Below, one piece after another: positions 30,111 through 40,747 of a stretch of 64,000 nt of DNA (positions are counted from its first letter, which is position 1; each line of letters starts with the position of its first letter). The notes beneath the pieces were generated by a model. It worked only from the letters and a program-made list of their open reading frames with translations, had not been told where the DNA came from and searched no databases. The stretch lies in NCBI GenBank assembly GCA_048938105.1, contig JBHLMN010000003.1, forward strand, positions 128,001 through 192,000. Reading direction: 5' to 3'. Source of the stretch: Promethearchaeota archaeon. Lineage in GTDB: Archaea; Asgardarchaeota; Heimdallarchaeia; Hodarchaeales; Hodarchaeaceae. The translations under genes and the position numbers were made by a program.

Positions 30111-32093
30111 TTGAGCTTGATCAAAGTGCAAACTGTTTCAAATGGGATGTTTAATGTTGGTTTTGGGTGTCAAATTTCAAAAGACCAAATAGTACTAAAT
30201 CCAGACCATGATTGGTTCCGTGAGAATCTTAAACCTTATTATATTATTACTAAGGACTATCAATATCTTTTTGGTTCAACTCAACCAGGAAGACGCCCAG
30301 ATAGAGCATATTATATGGTTCCAGAAGGATATCGCCTTGGGAAGGGGCAAAAACCATTTGACCGTGAACGAGGAAAAAAACTCTATGAGGTTGTCCTTCG
30401 GTACCTAAAAGAAGAAAAAATACCAATCATAGTACAAGATGGCATTCAAGGGGAACATGGGTATGAAGTAGGACTTAGAGTAATCATTAGTGTCAAAAAT
30501 ATGCATAATGCTTACATTGGATGGTTCGGGAAGCTTATGATTTTCCCTCCAAAAGAGAACCAACACATTGATTGCTGGAATTTTGTGATTCAGGAAAATT
30601 TACCTTTGGAATATGTCAATGAGATCCGCAAATTCTTCCCCACTTTTGATCCAAAGGAACCCATTACTCTTTATGATTTTACTGAGATGGATCAAAACTG
30701 TCGGCGTGTTATGAGCTTGAGAGTCGATTATTTCGGTGGAGCTTATAAGAAACCCAATCTCACTTTAGTTTGGAATAAAGCCGAATCAGATGGCTATATA
30801 TCTTATCATGCTGGAATGACTTTTGATAGGGTTATTAAAGGACTTTCTGGAACTGGAAAGACAACTTTAACTGTTGGGCCAAAATTAGAGCAAGATGATG
30901 CCTGTGTGGGCAAGTTAATTCGAAATTCTGAAACAAATAAGATTGAAAAAGTGCAATTAATTGGCTTAGAAGCAGCTTCGTATGCTAAATCTCAAGATCT
31001 AGGGCCAAAAAGTCCAGAATGGCCAGGCCTTATGAAATCCCGTGAAATTGACGAAAATGGTAACCGACCAGTTGTACTTGCTCAAAACATTGACTGTGAA
31101 AATGTTGAATATCATTTCAAGAAAATTAATGATTATACGGTGAAAATACCAGAAGTAAAACCAGAAGTAAAACAAGGTTCTTTGACATGTACTCAATATC
31201 ATAGTTCTGGGACAACAAACGGTCGTTTCATTTTTCTTTTTTCTGAATTGAATAAAAATTGGGGAAAAAATGCCACCCCTCGTTATCTTAAAACAGTTGT
31301 CCTTTCTATGAAACGTTTCGACTTACTTGATCCAATGTTTCGTGTTACGGATCCAGTACTTGCCACAGCTCTTGATTCAGCAGTAGAATCAATTATTACT
31401 TCAGCTGTGGCAGAACAAAAACCAGGAACGCGTGTTCGTTCCTACGCTGCAACAGATTTCATGGCACGAGAACATTGTCACCAAGCATTATTGAAAATGG
31501 AAATGTATAGAGACCTTGGGCTAGGCCTTGATGGAAAATTAGTGTTCTTGGTGTCAAATGCGGGAGCTATTGGTGAACACGACATCAATGGGAACCAAAT
31601 CCGCATTAAAGATAAGAATGGAGAATTTATCCCCAAGATTGACTCTAATACTGGAAAAATTTTGAAGAATGAATTAGGTGAGATCGTTTATCAAGGGCAG
31701 GGTGAAAAAATCACAGTTCAAGACACTAAGAAGCTGTTAGATCTCGGAGAACATAGGAAAATATCGAGTTGGATTCCCCATCCTGTATATAGCGATAGTA
31801 TTCTACTACCTGATCCTAGGGAACTGGAAACAAAATGGGGAATGGAAAATTTCGGAAGACGCTTCAATCGTTTACGATATTACACTGTAGGCCAGTTCAT
31901 TGATTTTACACTGAGAGATATCAACGAACGTACACAATTTCTTAAGGATTTATTCAAAGGACAGGAGTGTGGAGCAGAGTTAGATGAAGTTATTCACATA
32001 TGGCAGAATTATAGAATTCCTGATCCTAAGACTATTGAAGATTACTATCGGAAATACTATTCGAGTTTCGGAAAATATTATTCGGATTTTTAA
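30111..32093 (+). CDS. pckA: Divergent phosphoenolpyruvate carboxykinase (ATP-type fold)
   Basis: GRRPDR, YFGGAYKK, SYHAG, GLSGTGKTTL, QDD, YAK, NGR. Confidence 0.72.
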   Translation: MSLIKVQTVSNGMFNVGFGCQISKDQIVLNPDHDWFRENLKPYYIITKDYQYLFGSTQPGRRPDRAYYMVPEGYRLGKGQKPFDRERGKKLYEVVLRYLKEEKIPIIVQDGIQGEHGYEVGLRVIISVKNMHNAYIGWFGKLMIFPPKENQHIDCWNFVIQENLPLEYVNEIRKFFPTFDPKEPITLYDFTEMDQNCRRVMSLRVDYFGGAYKKPNLTLVWNKAESDGYISYHAGMTFDRVIKGLSGTGKTTLTVGPKLEQDDACVGKLIRNSETNKIEKVQLIGLEAASYAKSQDLGPKSPEWPGLMKSREIDENGNRPVVLAQNIDCENVEYHFKKINDYTVKIPEVKPEVKQGSLTCTQYHSSGTTNGRFIFLFSELNKNWGKNATPRYLKTVVLSMKRFDLLDPMFRVTDPVLATALDSAVESIITSAVAEQKPGTRVRSYAATDFMAREHCHQALLKMEMYRDLGLGLDGKLVFLVSNAGAIGEHDINGNQIRIKDKNGEFIPKIDSNTGKILKNELGEIVYQGQGEKITVQDTKKLLDLGEHRKISSWIPHPVYSDSILLPDPRELETKWGMENFGRRFNRLRYYTVGQFIDFTLRDINERTQFLKDLFKGQECGAELDEVIHIWQNYRIPDPKTIEDYYRKYYSSFGKYYSDF

Positions 32094-32168
32094 AGTATTC
32101 TACTATTTGGAGACTGTCCACTAAATAGAAAGAAAATCCCCCCTTTTCCTCATGGTAATTAGAGAGTT

Positions 32169-32924
32169 TTAAGAAGGCATTTCTACATCAGGAGAAACTA
32201 CAATTCCTTTATCTGTTATTGAAAATGGGAAAATCCCCCGTTTATGGTTAATCCCTCGCATTTTTATTATTTCAATACCTCTTTGACGTTTAGCTCCTGT
32301 TCTTTCATTATAAAGTCTAATAATTCCAGCAGCTAGAAATTCTTCGACGCTGTATTCATCCGTTCCCTTAGATTCAACCACTGCAAGTGAAGTTACACCA
32401 AATCGTCGAATTACATCGAAAAATCTAAACATATTATATCGAATTTCGCGAATATCGTCAAAAAGGAGGGATATTATTGTCAATGGATCAATAACCATTC
32501 TTTTGGCTTCAATAGAATTAATAGCTTCTTTCAACTTTTTTGTCAGAGCTGGAAGATCTAATCTGTATTGTTGTAACGATAACTGCCCATCACCTAGTGC
32601 ACGACCATAAGAAAAGTCCAGTAAAATAAATTTCTTCTCAGATTCAAGTTTCTGTAAATCATATCCGTAAGCCAGCTGTGTTAGATAGAGTTCTTTTTTA
32701 GACTCGTTAAATGAGCAAAATATTCCTGGTTCGTCATAATCTTCGATCCCTCGGACGAGAAATCCTACAGAAAGGCATGTCTTCCCTGCACCAGGCTCAC
32801 CTGATAAGATGGTACTCCAACCCACAGGAATTCCACCACCAAGAAGCTTGTCGAGTCCTTTAATTCCAGTTTTGGTAAGAGGTAGTTCCATTGAATCACT
32901 TCTTTCTTGTTCATGAAATAGCAA
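32169..32924 (-). CDS. KaiC/RAD55-family RecA-fold ATPase (single domain)
   Basis: TGIKGLDKLLGGG, GEPGAGKT, EEF, KMRG. Confidence 0.9.
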   Translation of the reverse strand: MLFHEQERSDSMELPLTKTGIKGLDKLLGGGIPVGWSTILSGEPGAGKTCLSVGFLVRGIEDYDEPGIFCSFNESKKELYLTQLAYGYDLQKLESEKKFILLDFSYGRALGDGQLSLQQYRLDLPALTKKLKEAINSIEAKRMVIDPLTIISLLFDDIREIRYNMFRFFDVIRRFGVTSLAVVESKGTDEYSVEEFLAAGIIRLYNERTGAKRQRGIEIIKMRGINHKRGIFPFSITDKGIVVSPDVEMPS

Positions 32925-33069
32925 TATAGTATTTCATAATGATTTCATACATTATTGATATACAATTACTTATTTCTTTTAAAAATAGTTCGCTTTCTTT
33001 AATAGGATCAGTATTAAAGTTTTTTCTTCGATGTGAATCGTTTTTACATTGAAAAGAATTAATTTCTAG

Positions 33070-34503
33070 TTATTTATGCATGGTTGAAGCATTTATTAAA
33101 GCAATCTGGAGATCCATAACATTTGTCCCAGTGGGACCACTCAACAAAACAGATCCGCCTAATTCTTCAAAAAATTTACTTAGATTGTTTTCTTTTTGGA
33201 ATTTCGCTAGCTTCAATCCTTTTTTATGAACAACTGAGATGGATTTATCATCAATCAAGGCTCCAGCATAAGGAGAATTACCATCGATTCCGTCTGTGCC
33301 AGCAGAGAGAAATGTAATATCAGGAGGGAAAGGTAAAGATAAAAATTCATCTAAAACTGCTCCCACAACCTCCTGATTTCTCCCACCAATACCCTTTCCA
33401 TATACTTTCATTGTTGGTTCACCACCGCTGACAACTAGAAGAGGTTCTTGTGACCCCTCTGCTAGTCCGCAATAAATCCTAGCAAGTAAGCGCCCCAAAC
33501 ACCTAGCGTCTCCTTCTAATTTATCTGTTAGTAGAATAGCCTTTAAATCAAATCGCATTGCAGTTGAAATTATGTTCTTACAGGCCAGTTTATTTGATCC
33601 TAGTATATAAGTATCAACTCGTGAAAAAACTGGATCATCCTTCTTGAGTGTTTCAGGTATTATGCCTTCAATTCCTTGTTCAATTACTAATTTCACTGAA
33701 GCAGGAATTTCACCATCCCAAAGATGATACTGATCAAGTAGAAACTTGGAATCATGAAAAGTACTAGGATCAGGATAAAAATAACCAGAAGAGATACTTT
33801 CTAAATTATCCCCTACCACATCAGACAGAACTATTACTAGTATTTCTCCAGGAATCTGCATTGCTAGCTTCCCACCTTTAATTGTTGATATATGTTTTCT
33901 TACTACGTTTATCTCATGAATATTCATACCAGAATTAATCAATTGCTTGTTAAGAGCAATTAATTCATCAATAGTAATAGGAGATATCGGAGAAACCCAA
34001 ATTGCGGACCCTCCTCCACTAATTAAGGCAATTACTAAATCCTCAGGTTTAATATTCTCGACCATTTCTAAGATTGATTTAGTATTAATAACATTAACCT
34101 CGGAAGGAAGAGGATGAGACGATTCGAGGCATTGGAGTTTCTTTAGCTTTATCTCCCTTTTTATTCCCTTAGAAACACAAATTGTGCCACGATAATCTAA
34201 TTCCGTAAAAACTTTTTCTAGTGCTTCAGCCATCCGACCGATAGCCTTTCCTGCCCCTATAACCCAAATCTTTCTCTGGTCGATATTAAAATGTTGGTTT
34301 TTGATAATTAACTCCTTTTTTTCTGAATTGATGGTCAAATTATCATAAATAATCCGATAAGGATCAACAGCGTCTACTGCAGAACTAAAAAGTTTGAGTA
34401 CAGTTTCTCTTGAGCTACGTAAGCTAGAAGAAGCGAAATTAATAATTTCCCCATAATTTTGAATTTTCATATGCAATCGCTTCTCATACCTAACATCGTC
34501 CAT
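33070..34503 (-). CDS. Glycerate 2-kinase (DUF4147/MOFRL)
   Basis: GAGKA, SHPLP, ISGGGSA, KGGKL, SDV.GD, GGRNQE, GTDGIDG, TGTNVMD. Confidence 0.93.
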   Translation of the reverse strand: MDDVRYEKRLHMKIQNYGEIINFASSSLRSSRETVLKLFSSAVDAVDPYRIIYDNLTINSEKKELIIKNQHFNIDQRKIWVIGAGKAIGRMAEALEKVFTELDYRGTICVSKGIKREIKLKKLQCLESSHPLPSEVNVINTKSILEMVENIKPEDLVIALISGGGSAIWVSPISPITIDELIALNKQLINSGMNIHEINVVRKHISTIKGGKLAMQIPGEILVIVLSDVVGDNLESISSGYFYPDPSTFHDSKFLLDQYHLWDGEIPASVKLVIEQGIEGIIPETLKKDDPVFSRVDTYILGSNKLACKNIISTAMRFDLKAILLTDKLEGDARCLGRLLARIYCGLAEGSQEPLLVVSGGEPTMKVYGKGIGGRNQEVVGAVLDEFLSLPFPPDITFLSAGTDGIDGNSPYAGALIDDKSISVVHKKGLKLAKFQKENNLSKFFEELGGSVLLSGPTGTNVMDLQIALINASTMHK

Positions 34504-36067
34504 AACCTCCCCCTCCTGGTGTGTTGATAACTAGAGTTTCCCCCGCCTTGAAGTTAATTATAGCTCTTCCTGGAAGGACAATCTCTTCGTTATCCAATTT
34601 TCGTTTGATATTTAGTCCTTTTGCTCCATTAGAACCGCCAGCTAAACCATAAGGTGCGAGCTTTCTACGCTCCGTTTGCAGCGATACAACTGAATCCACT
34701 AAACATTCAATCTCTCGAATAAGCCCATCACCTCCTTTAACATATCCTCGACCACCAGAATCATTTCGAAAAGAATAACGTTTAACTCGGAGTGGATAAG
34801 CTAATTCTAATGCTTCAATTGGAGTATTGAGTGTATTTGTCATGTGAGAATGAACCCCAGGGATCCCCTGATAGTTTTTACTACTTCCTGTACCACCACC
34901 TATTGTTTCGTAATACGTGAATGCTTTTCCTGTTTGATCAAATCCTCCAATTGTAATATTGTTCATAGTTCCTTGAGATGCAGCAGGAATCTCTGGTATT
35001 GCTTGGGATAATGCTCCAAGCAGGATATCTACCAAACGTTGAGATGTTTCCACATTTCCAGATGAAACAGCTGCTGGAGGAGAAGGATCAAGTAAGCTTC
35101 CTTTCGGAATTTCAATGTCAATGTTACAGAATAACCCTGCATTTGTCATAATCGTTGGGTCAGTTAATGCTCTAAATACATAATAAACACATGAATAAAC
35201 AACGCTTTTTGGAGCGTTTACATTCCCTATTTGTTGAGAATCAGTTCCGTTAAAAGAAACTTTGATTTTATCGTCAATTTTGGTAATAGCTACTTTTATT
35301 CTAACTAAATCGTCAGTTACGCCATTTGAATCAAGAAAATCTTCAAATTGAAACTTTCCCTCTGGAAAATTAGCTAATTGGGATTTAAATGACTTCTCGG
35401 AGAGATCCATTAATTCCTTGACAATATTAAAAAGTGAATCTTGTCCATATTTATCTGTCAGCTCCTCAAGACGTTCTTGTCCTCTTAAGAGAGATGCTCG
35501 CTGAGCTCGAAAATCTCCCAATCTTTCTTCCTGAACACGCACATTAGATAAAATTAGCTTCATAACATCTTTCACTTCTTTCCCCTGATCATAAAGCTTG
35601 ATCGGAGGAATAACTAATCCTTCTTCAAAAAGTTCAGTAGATATACCTGGCATAGATCCTGGTGTGGAGCCACCTATATCGGCATGGTGCGCCCGATTAT
35701 TCACAAAGAAACTTAACTTATTATTTATGAAAATAGGCATTAAAAAGGTCACATCTGGAAGATGAGTGCCTCCAGTATAAGGAGAGTTAAGAATAATGAC
35801 ATCACCTGGGTTCATAGCCTCAATAGGGAATTCTTGCAGAATAGCAGCTATTGATGAAAACATAGCACCAAGATGAACTGGAATGTGCTCTGCTTGTGCT
35901 AATAGTTCAGCGTTTCGATCAAATATAGCACATGAAAAGTCCAACCTTTCTTTACAATTAGGACTGAAAGATGCTCGTTGAAGAATTATCCCCATTTCCT
36001 CAGCAATATTTTCTAATGCCTTTTGAATAACACTTAAGGTTACAATGTCAGTCTTCATTACTGTCAC
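34490..36067 (-). CDS. Hydantoinase B / 5-oxoprolinase subunit
   Basis: IPVHLG, GGTHLPD, AHHADIGG, HSHMTNT.NTP.E, TPGGGGYG. Confidence 0.93.
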   Translation of the reverse strand: MTVMKTDIVTLSVIQKALENIAEEMGIILQRASFSPNCKERLDFSCAIFDRNAELLAQAEHIPVHLGAMFSSIAAILQEFPIEAMNPGDVIILNSPYTGGTHLPDVTFLMPIFINNKLSFFVNNRAHHADIGGSTPGSMPGISTELFEEGLVIPPIKLYDQGKEVKDVMKLILSNVRVQEERLGDFRAQRASLLRGQERLEELTDKYGQDSLFNIVKELMDLSEKSFKSQLANFPEGKFQFEDFLDSNGVTDDLVRIKVAITKIDDKIKVSFNGTDSQQIGNVNAPKSVVYSCVYYVFRALTDPTIMTNAGLFCNIDIEIPKGSLLDPSPPAAVSSGNVETSQRLVDILLGALSQAIPEIPAASQGTMNNITIGGFDQTGKAFTYYETIGGGTGSSKNYQGIPGVHSHMTNTLNTPIEALELAYPLRVKRYSFRNDSGGRGYVKGGDGLIREIECLVDSVVSLQTERRKLAPYGLAGGSNGAKGLNIKRKLDNEEIVLPGRAIINFKAGETLVINTPGGGGYGRC

Positions 36068-38079
36068 CCCTTAGATATTCTCGAGAGAATTAAATGGCCG
36101 TCATTCTTAACTTCTGCTCTCCAACCAATATCAACTAATGTTGTAGAATCATTTTGTTCTATAACACTAGGCCCATCTACTACATTGTTGGCTTTTAATT
36201 TAGATTTTTGGTAAATATTAGCTTTAACCCAATTATTTTCCAAGAATATATCACGAGTCCCTGTTTGAGCATCTTCTGGATCAGTACCTCCGAATAATAA
36301 AGGAGAAAGCTCGAATTTTGGAAGAGGAACCATTGCAGCGACTCGAAGATTAACTATTTCACGAGGAGCTTGGGGAGAGGCGTACCCATATGCTTTTTTG
36401 TGGGCTTCATCGAAAGCATGTGAAGTAGCTTCAATCTTTCCGTAAAATGGTATAGTCAACTCATAGGATTGGCCTACTAGTCGAAGATCAAGGTTGCGGG
36501 CGATAATAACATCTTTCTTTGAAAAACCGTCTTCAACGCATAATTGAATCCCCTGTTGAACAAGAGATGTAAAAGCTGAATCAAGCTGCTCATTAGATAT
36601 TTCATCCAAAGGTTCCAAGAGAGAGTGAGAGAGATCATGACGGATATCAGCAGTTAGGAGGCCATAAGCAGACCAGACTCCTGGATATGGAGGAATAACA
36701 ACCTGCTTCAAAGATAAGCGATCTGCTAGAGAACATCCATGTAGAGGCCCTGCTCCTCCGAATGCCACTAAAACAAAATCACGACTATCATATCCACGTT
36801 CAGTAGAAACTTTACGAAGAGCCAAAGCCACATTGTTCTCAAAAATTTCAATAATCCCTGCAGCACATTCTTCGAGTGAAGAAAAATTGAGTTCATCAGC
36901 AAGAGGAGAGAGAACTCCTTTTGCCAATTTAGGATAAATTTCAATAGCTCCACCACAAAAATAATCAGGATTTAATAGGCCTCTGACCAAGTTTGCATCA
37001 GTAACAGTGGGTAATTTCCCCCCATTATTATAACAGGCTGGCCCTGGATCAGCTCCAGCGCTTTCTGGTCCAACAAGAAAAATTCCATGTTCATACTTAG
37101 CAATTGATCCTCCTCCTGCACCAATTGTTTGTACTGCTATGGATGGAAGATGAATAGGGTAACCTGCAATTTCATTTACATTGGATATTTCTATTTTTCC
37201 ATTTACAATGCTTGCAACATCGGTAGAAGTCCCTCCAATATCCAAGGTGAGAGCATTTTTAATTTGGAGTTCATTACAAGAATAAAAACCTCCAAGTACT
37301 CCTCCAGCCAAACCTGAAAAAATCGTTTCAACAGAAGCTGCATTTTTAATTTGAGTAACTCCTCCTGTAGAGAGAAGAATAAGAGGAGGTACCATTATTC
37401 CTTTTTCATTAATTCTATGTAAAAAAGAATTGAAGTATTTTTTACATAAAGGCGCAATATAAGCATCTAGTACTGTTGTACTCGTTCTATCGTATTCACG
37501 AAATATAGGAAGAATTTGGCTTGAACGTGACACATTTATCGAAGGAAGTTGCTGTATAATTTTATTAGCGATTTTCATTTCATGTTGAGGATAAAAAAAA
37601 GAGAATAGGAGGGAGATAGCTACAGACTCAACTTTCGTTTCCTGTAGAGCGTTTACAATTCCCCCTAAATCATTGAGATCCAACGGTGTAAGTATTTCAC
37701 CAGAAGCACTAATACGTTCTTTCACACCAAATCTTAGCTCTTTAGCAACAAGAGGTTTAACTCTTATAGGATAGAGTGAATAGAGATTCAAGCGGTTTTG
37801 ACGACCAATTTCTATAATATCTGAGAAACCTTCGGTTGCAATCAATGCGGTCTTAGCTCCTTTATGTTCTAATATGGCATTTGTTGCAACGGTAGTTCCA
37901 TGAACAACGACGTTTAGATTCTCTAATGTGGTTTTTAGTTTGGTTAATCCAACCTCCACTCCAATAGATTGATCATTAGGTGTACTGGAAACTTTTTCAA
38001 GGATAACAGAGTTACTTTCTGAATTAACAACGATTAAATCTGTGAAAGTACCACCTATGTCTATACCAAGACATTTCAT
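36064..38079 (-). CDS. Hydantoinase A / 5-oxoprolinase subunit
   Basis: DIGGTFTD, HGTTVATNA, DIGGTSTD, GAGGGS, SAGADPGPACY. Confidence 0.95.
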   Translation of the reverse strand: MKCLGIDIGGTFTDLIVVNSESNSVILEKVSSTPNDQSIGVEVGLTKLKTTLENLNVVVHGTTVATNAILEHKGAKTALIATEGFSDIIEIGRQNRLNLYSLYPIRVKPLVAKELRFGVKERISASGEILTPLDLNDLGGIVNALQETKVESVAISLLFSFFYPQHEMKIANKIIQQLPSINVSRSSQILPIFREYDRTSTTVLDAYIAPLCKKYFNSFLHRINEKGIMVPPLILLSTGGVTQIKNAASVETIFSGLAGGVLGGFYSCNELQIKNALTLDIGGTSTDVASIVNGKIEISNVNEIAGYPIHLPSIAVQTIGAGGGSIAKYEHGIFLVGPESAGADPGPACYNNGGKLPTVTDANLVRGLLNPDYFCGGAIEIYPKLAKGVLSPLADELNFSSLEECAAGIIEIFENNVALALRKVSTERGYDSRDFVLVAFGGAGPLHGCSLADRLSLKQVVIPPYPGVWSAYGLLTADIRHDLSHSLLEPLDEISNEQLDSAFTSLVQQGIQLCVEDGFSKKDVIIARNLDLRLVGQSYELTIPFYGKIEATSHAFDEAHKKAYGYASPQAPREIVNLRVAAMVPLPKFELSPLLFGGTDPEDAQTGTRDIFLENNWVKANIYQKSKLKANNVVDGPSVIEQNDSTTLVDIGWRAEVKNDGHLILSRISKG

Positions 38080-38249
38080 TTGGAATTACCTAGATGAGAT
38101 GGAATTTTTTACTGCTGTTTAAGTGAAATAGTCATAATAATATTTGCTTAATGCTACTTTATATTTGTAGAATTAAATAAAAGTCTACTCACAGGGTTGA
38201 TCGCATATAATATATTACAAATGAACTCCTATTCAGTAAACCTATCAAG

Positions 38250-38879
38250 TTGAATAGGGTTATTCAAGTGGTAAAAATCAAAATTCTGTGCATTGGTGAC
38301 TCACATACTGCAGGATTTCCACTCTTTGACCCAATATACGGAGGAGAGGTTCGAAGTTCTTATGAATACTGGTTCAACATTCTTCTGACCAATTGTTTTC
38401 CAGAGATTTCATTCCTCATTGATAATAAAGGCATTTGTGGACAAACATCAGGTGAAGTATTTCAACGTCTTAGAACCCACCTAACCAAGTCCAGCTATCA
38501 TTTAGTTATTTTCTGGGGAGGGGCAAACGATATAGCTATAGGCTACTCTGTGAATGCAATTTGGAACAACTTATGGCGGGTATTTAAATTCACACAAGAA
38601 AATTCAACAGCATTGATACTCGTTACAATTCCACCAATGAATTGGCCTGAAACTAAAGAAATAATTCTGCAGCTGAATGAAAAAATACGATTTAAAAGTA
38701 GTTTTAAGACCTATATGTATTCTGATGTATATAACGCTTTAGTTCTAGAGGAACAGGGTATTTTAGATCCACTCTTTGATGCGGGTGATGGAGTTCATCT
38801 TTCAATTGATGGATATGAACAAGTAGGCCGAAAGGTTTTTAATACAGCCTCCCCATTCATCACGAACCTTTTGAAATAA
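38250..38879 (+). CDS. SGNH/GDSL hydrolase
   Basis: GDSHTAG, GICG, GGAND, DGVH. Confidence 0.9.
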   Translation: MNRVIQVVKIKILCIGDSHTAGFPLFDPIYGGEVRSSYEYWFNILLTNCFPEISFLIDNKGICGQTSGEVFQRLRTHLTKSSYHLVIFWGGANDIAIGYSVNAIWNNLWRVFKFTQENSTALILVTIPPMNWPETKEIILQLNEKIRFKSSFKTYMYSDVYNALVLEEQGILDPLFDAGDGVHLSIDGYEQVGRKVFNTASPFITNLLK

Positions 38880-39015
38880 TTTCTATCGCTATTTAAGAGA
38901 CAACAAACATCATTAAATCTTAAATTCGGGAAAACAAATCGATATTTAACGTGGTCTTTTTTGATATAGGGATAAAAAAAACTTTGGAGTTTAAAATCCT
39001 TAAGGGAGAAGACCA

Positions 39016-39612
39016 TTGAAGTATATGAATTTACCCTTAAAATGGCAGTCTCGCTTTAGACGACGAATATGGTCAAAAACTCGACTCAATCACACAACAA
39101 ATTGGAAAAAACATTTAATTTCGCTTTATATAATCCGATCTGATGGTATTTGTTTGTTCTCCCACCATTTTCAAATAGGTCTAATATCTCAAATTGAAAC
39201 TCAATTAGTAGGAATGGGATTTACAGCTATCTCTCAAATGATGCAAGAAATTGTCGATTCATCATTAAGTTTGGAATTGATAGATCTTGGTCCGAAAAAG
39301 GTTTTAATTGAGGAATACGAGAATATTTTAGCCATTTTAATCGCTACAACAAACTCTGACTTCTTACGAGCTAAACTTAAAGAACTAGCGGATCATTTTG
39401 AAAAAATGTTTGAACTCCAGCAAAGAATAAGCGCCGAAACACGAGTGAGTTTGGAGGATTATGCGTTGACAGCAGAATTAGTTTCGATGGTTTTTCAAGA
39501 TCAACCCACGCGTGTCTTAGAGATAATTCCCGTGATTTTCAAGTCAATTAGAAAAAATAAAACCACTAAATCTGGGCAAAAAACTCTTTCTACCATTTTA
39601 CACAGTTACTAA
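39016..39612 (+). CDS. Longin-domain protein
   Basis: SLYIIRSDGICLFSHHF...LVGMGFTAISQMMQEI...KKVLIEE, a longin-like beta-beta-alpha-beta pattern. Confidence 0.7.
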   Translation: MKYMNLPLKWQSRFRRRIWSKTRLNHTTNWKKHLISLYIIRSDGICLFSHHFQIGLISQIETQLVGMGFTAISQMMQEIVDSSLSLELIDLGPKKVLIEEYENILAILIATTNSDFLRAKLKELADHFEKMFELQQRISAETRVSLEDYALTAELVSMVFQDQPTRVLEIIPVIFKSIRKNKTTKSGQKTLSTILHSY

Positions 39613-40746
39613 AATCAGGAGTAATGGGATCGCTTCTATCATCAGATGGAAACCGAGTGCAGTTTCAAAATCACGTCGTACAAATAAATAAAACAGAGGG
39701 AGACTTCTGAATAGAACTGTTCTAAGAAGATATGGTAATACTGCTAACCAAAAAGTAATTGGATATAATAGTTCAACCTCAACAAATATTACAAAGATAA
39801 TTGCTCCCCAACAACGATATTCTACTTTATCAAGAGGTCTAAACAGAATATAAGCTATTGGGATTAAGAATAATCGTGCCCAAACTTCTTCATTAAGTCC
39901 AAAACACAAAAAATTATACACTAGAGTAAACTCAGCAAGTGGCTCTCTTCTTGAAAACGCAACAAGTGGTTCCCACCAATAGAAATCGGTCCCCACATTG
40001 AAAGTAATAAGACTTACAGATGCTAAGCCCCAAGGAATCCCTAGAAAAAGCCCAACGCATAAGCTCCTTAATGCGGGATAGAAGTCTTTGTCCAATAGGT
40101 TCACTTGAATAAAACCAGTTTTCCTGATCAGGAATAATCCTGCATGAACAATAGAGAAAAAGCATATTAATAAAACTGAGGTTATAATCAAAACTCCCAA
40201 AGAAATATCCTCTGGAGGAATGACAGATTTATGAAAAATTACCCTCCAGATAGTCTCCCAAAAAACGAAACCAATAACCAAAATAATAGTTACTATAATC
40301 ATCCAAGGATCAATCATTCGAGTTTTTAAAATAAAAAAACTAATAATTCCCACGGCGGTCAAACCTAGTATTAATGTTCCAATCAAGTCGATACTCTGCG
40401 ACGGACCAAAGACTGCAACCAGAAAAATTATGATAGATGGTATTATTAGTGTTATCATTGGACTCTCTTTGAATGATTCATCAATGAATGGCCTTCTTAT
40501 CCTCTGTTCAGATTGTTTTTCTAGGTAGTCTTCTGTCCATGGTTCCTTATTAAGCCAAAAGTAAGTTGAAATTATAATTATTAAAAGAATAACATAATTT
40601 ATAAGGTTTGAATCAAGTCCGAACGAAAAGTTGGCTATAATAATGAAAACTGAACCAATAATTATTGCCAATATTACTATTAACTCTTCTTTCCAATTAG
40701 ACATTTCCAATTTAGAGATCATGGAAGGCACCAGCGATATTTTCAA
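39598..40746 (-). CDS. CPBP (Abi/CAAX) family intramembrane glutamic endopeptidase-like protein
   Basis: Multiple TM segments; NEEVWAR and C-terminal FH motifs. Confidence 0.6.
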   Translation of the reverse strand: MKISLVPSMISKLEMSNWKEELIVILAIIIGSVFIIIANFSFGLDSNLINYVILLIIIISTYFWLNKEPWTEDYLEKQSEQRIRRPFIDESFKESPMITLIIPSIIIFLVAVFGPSQSIDLIGTLILGLTAVGIISFFILKTRMIDPWMIIVTIILVIGFVFWETIWRVIFHKSVIPPEDISLGVLIITSVLLICFFSIVHAGLFLIRKTGFIQVNLLDKDFYPALRSLCVGLFLGIPWGLASVSLITFNVGTDFYWWEPLVAFSRREPLAEFTLVYNFLCFGLNEEVWARLFLIPIAYILFRPLDKVEYRCWGAIIFVIFVEVELLYPITFWLAVLPYLLRTVLFRSLPLFYLFVRRDFETALGFHLMIEAIPLLLILVTV

Positions 40747-40747
40747 A

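Noticed and set aside
31148-31171. 12-bp tandem duplication (PEVK x2) in pckA
   Set aside because: In-frame local slippage with no sign of function.
32169-32924. Circadian clock KaiC
   Set aside because: Single-domain RAD55/KaiC-like ATPase, common in archaea; no kaiA/kaiB in the window.
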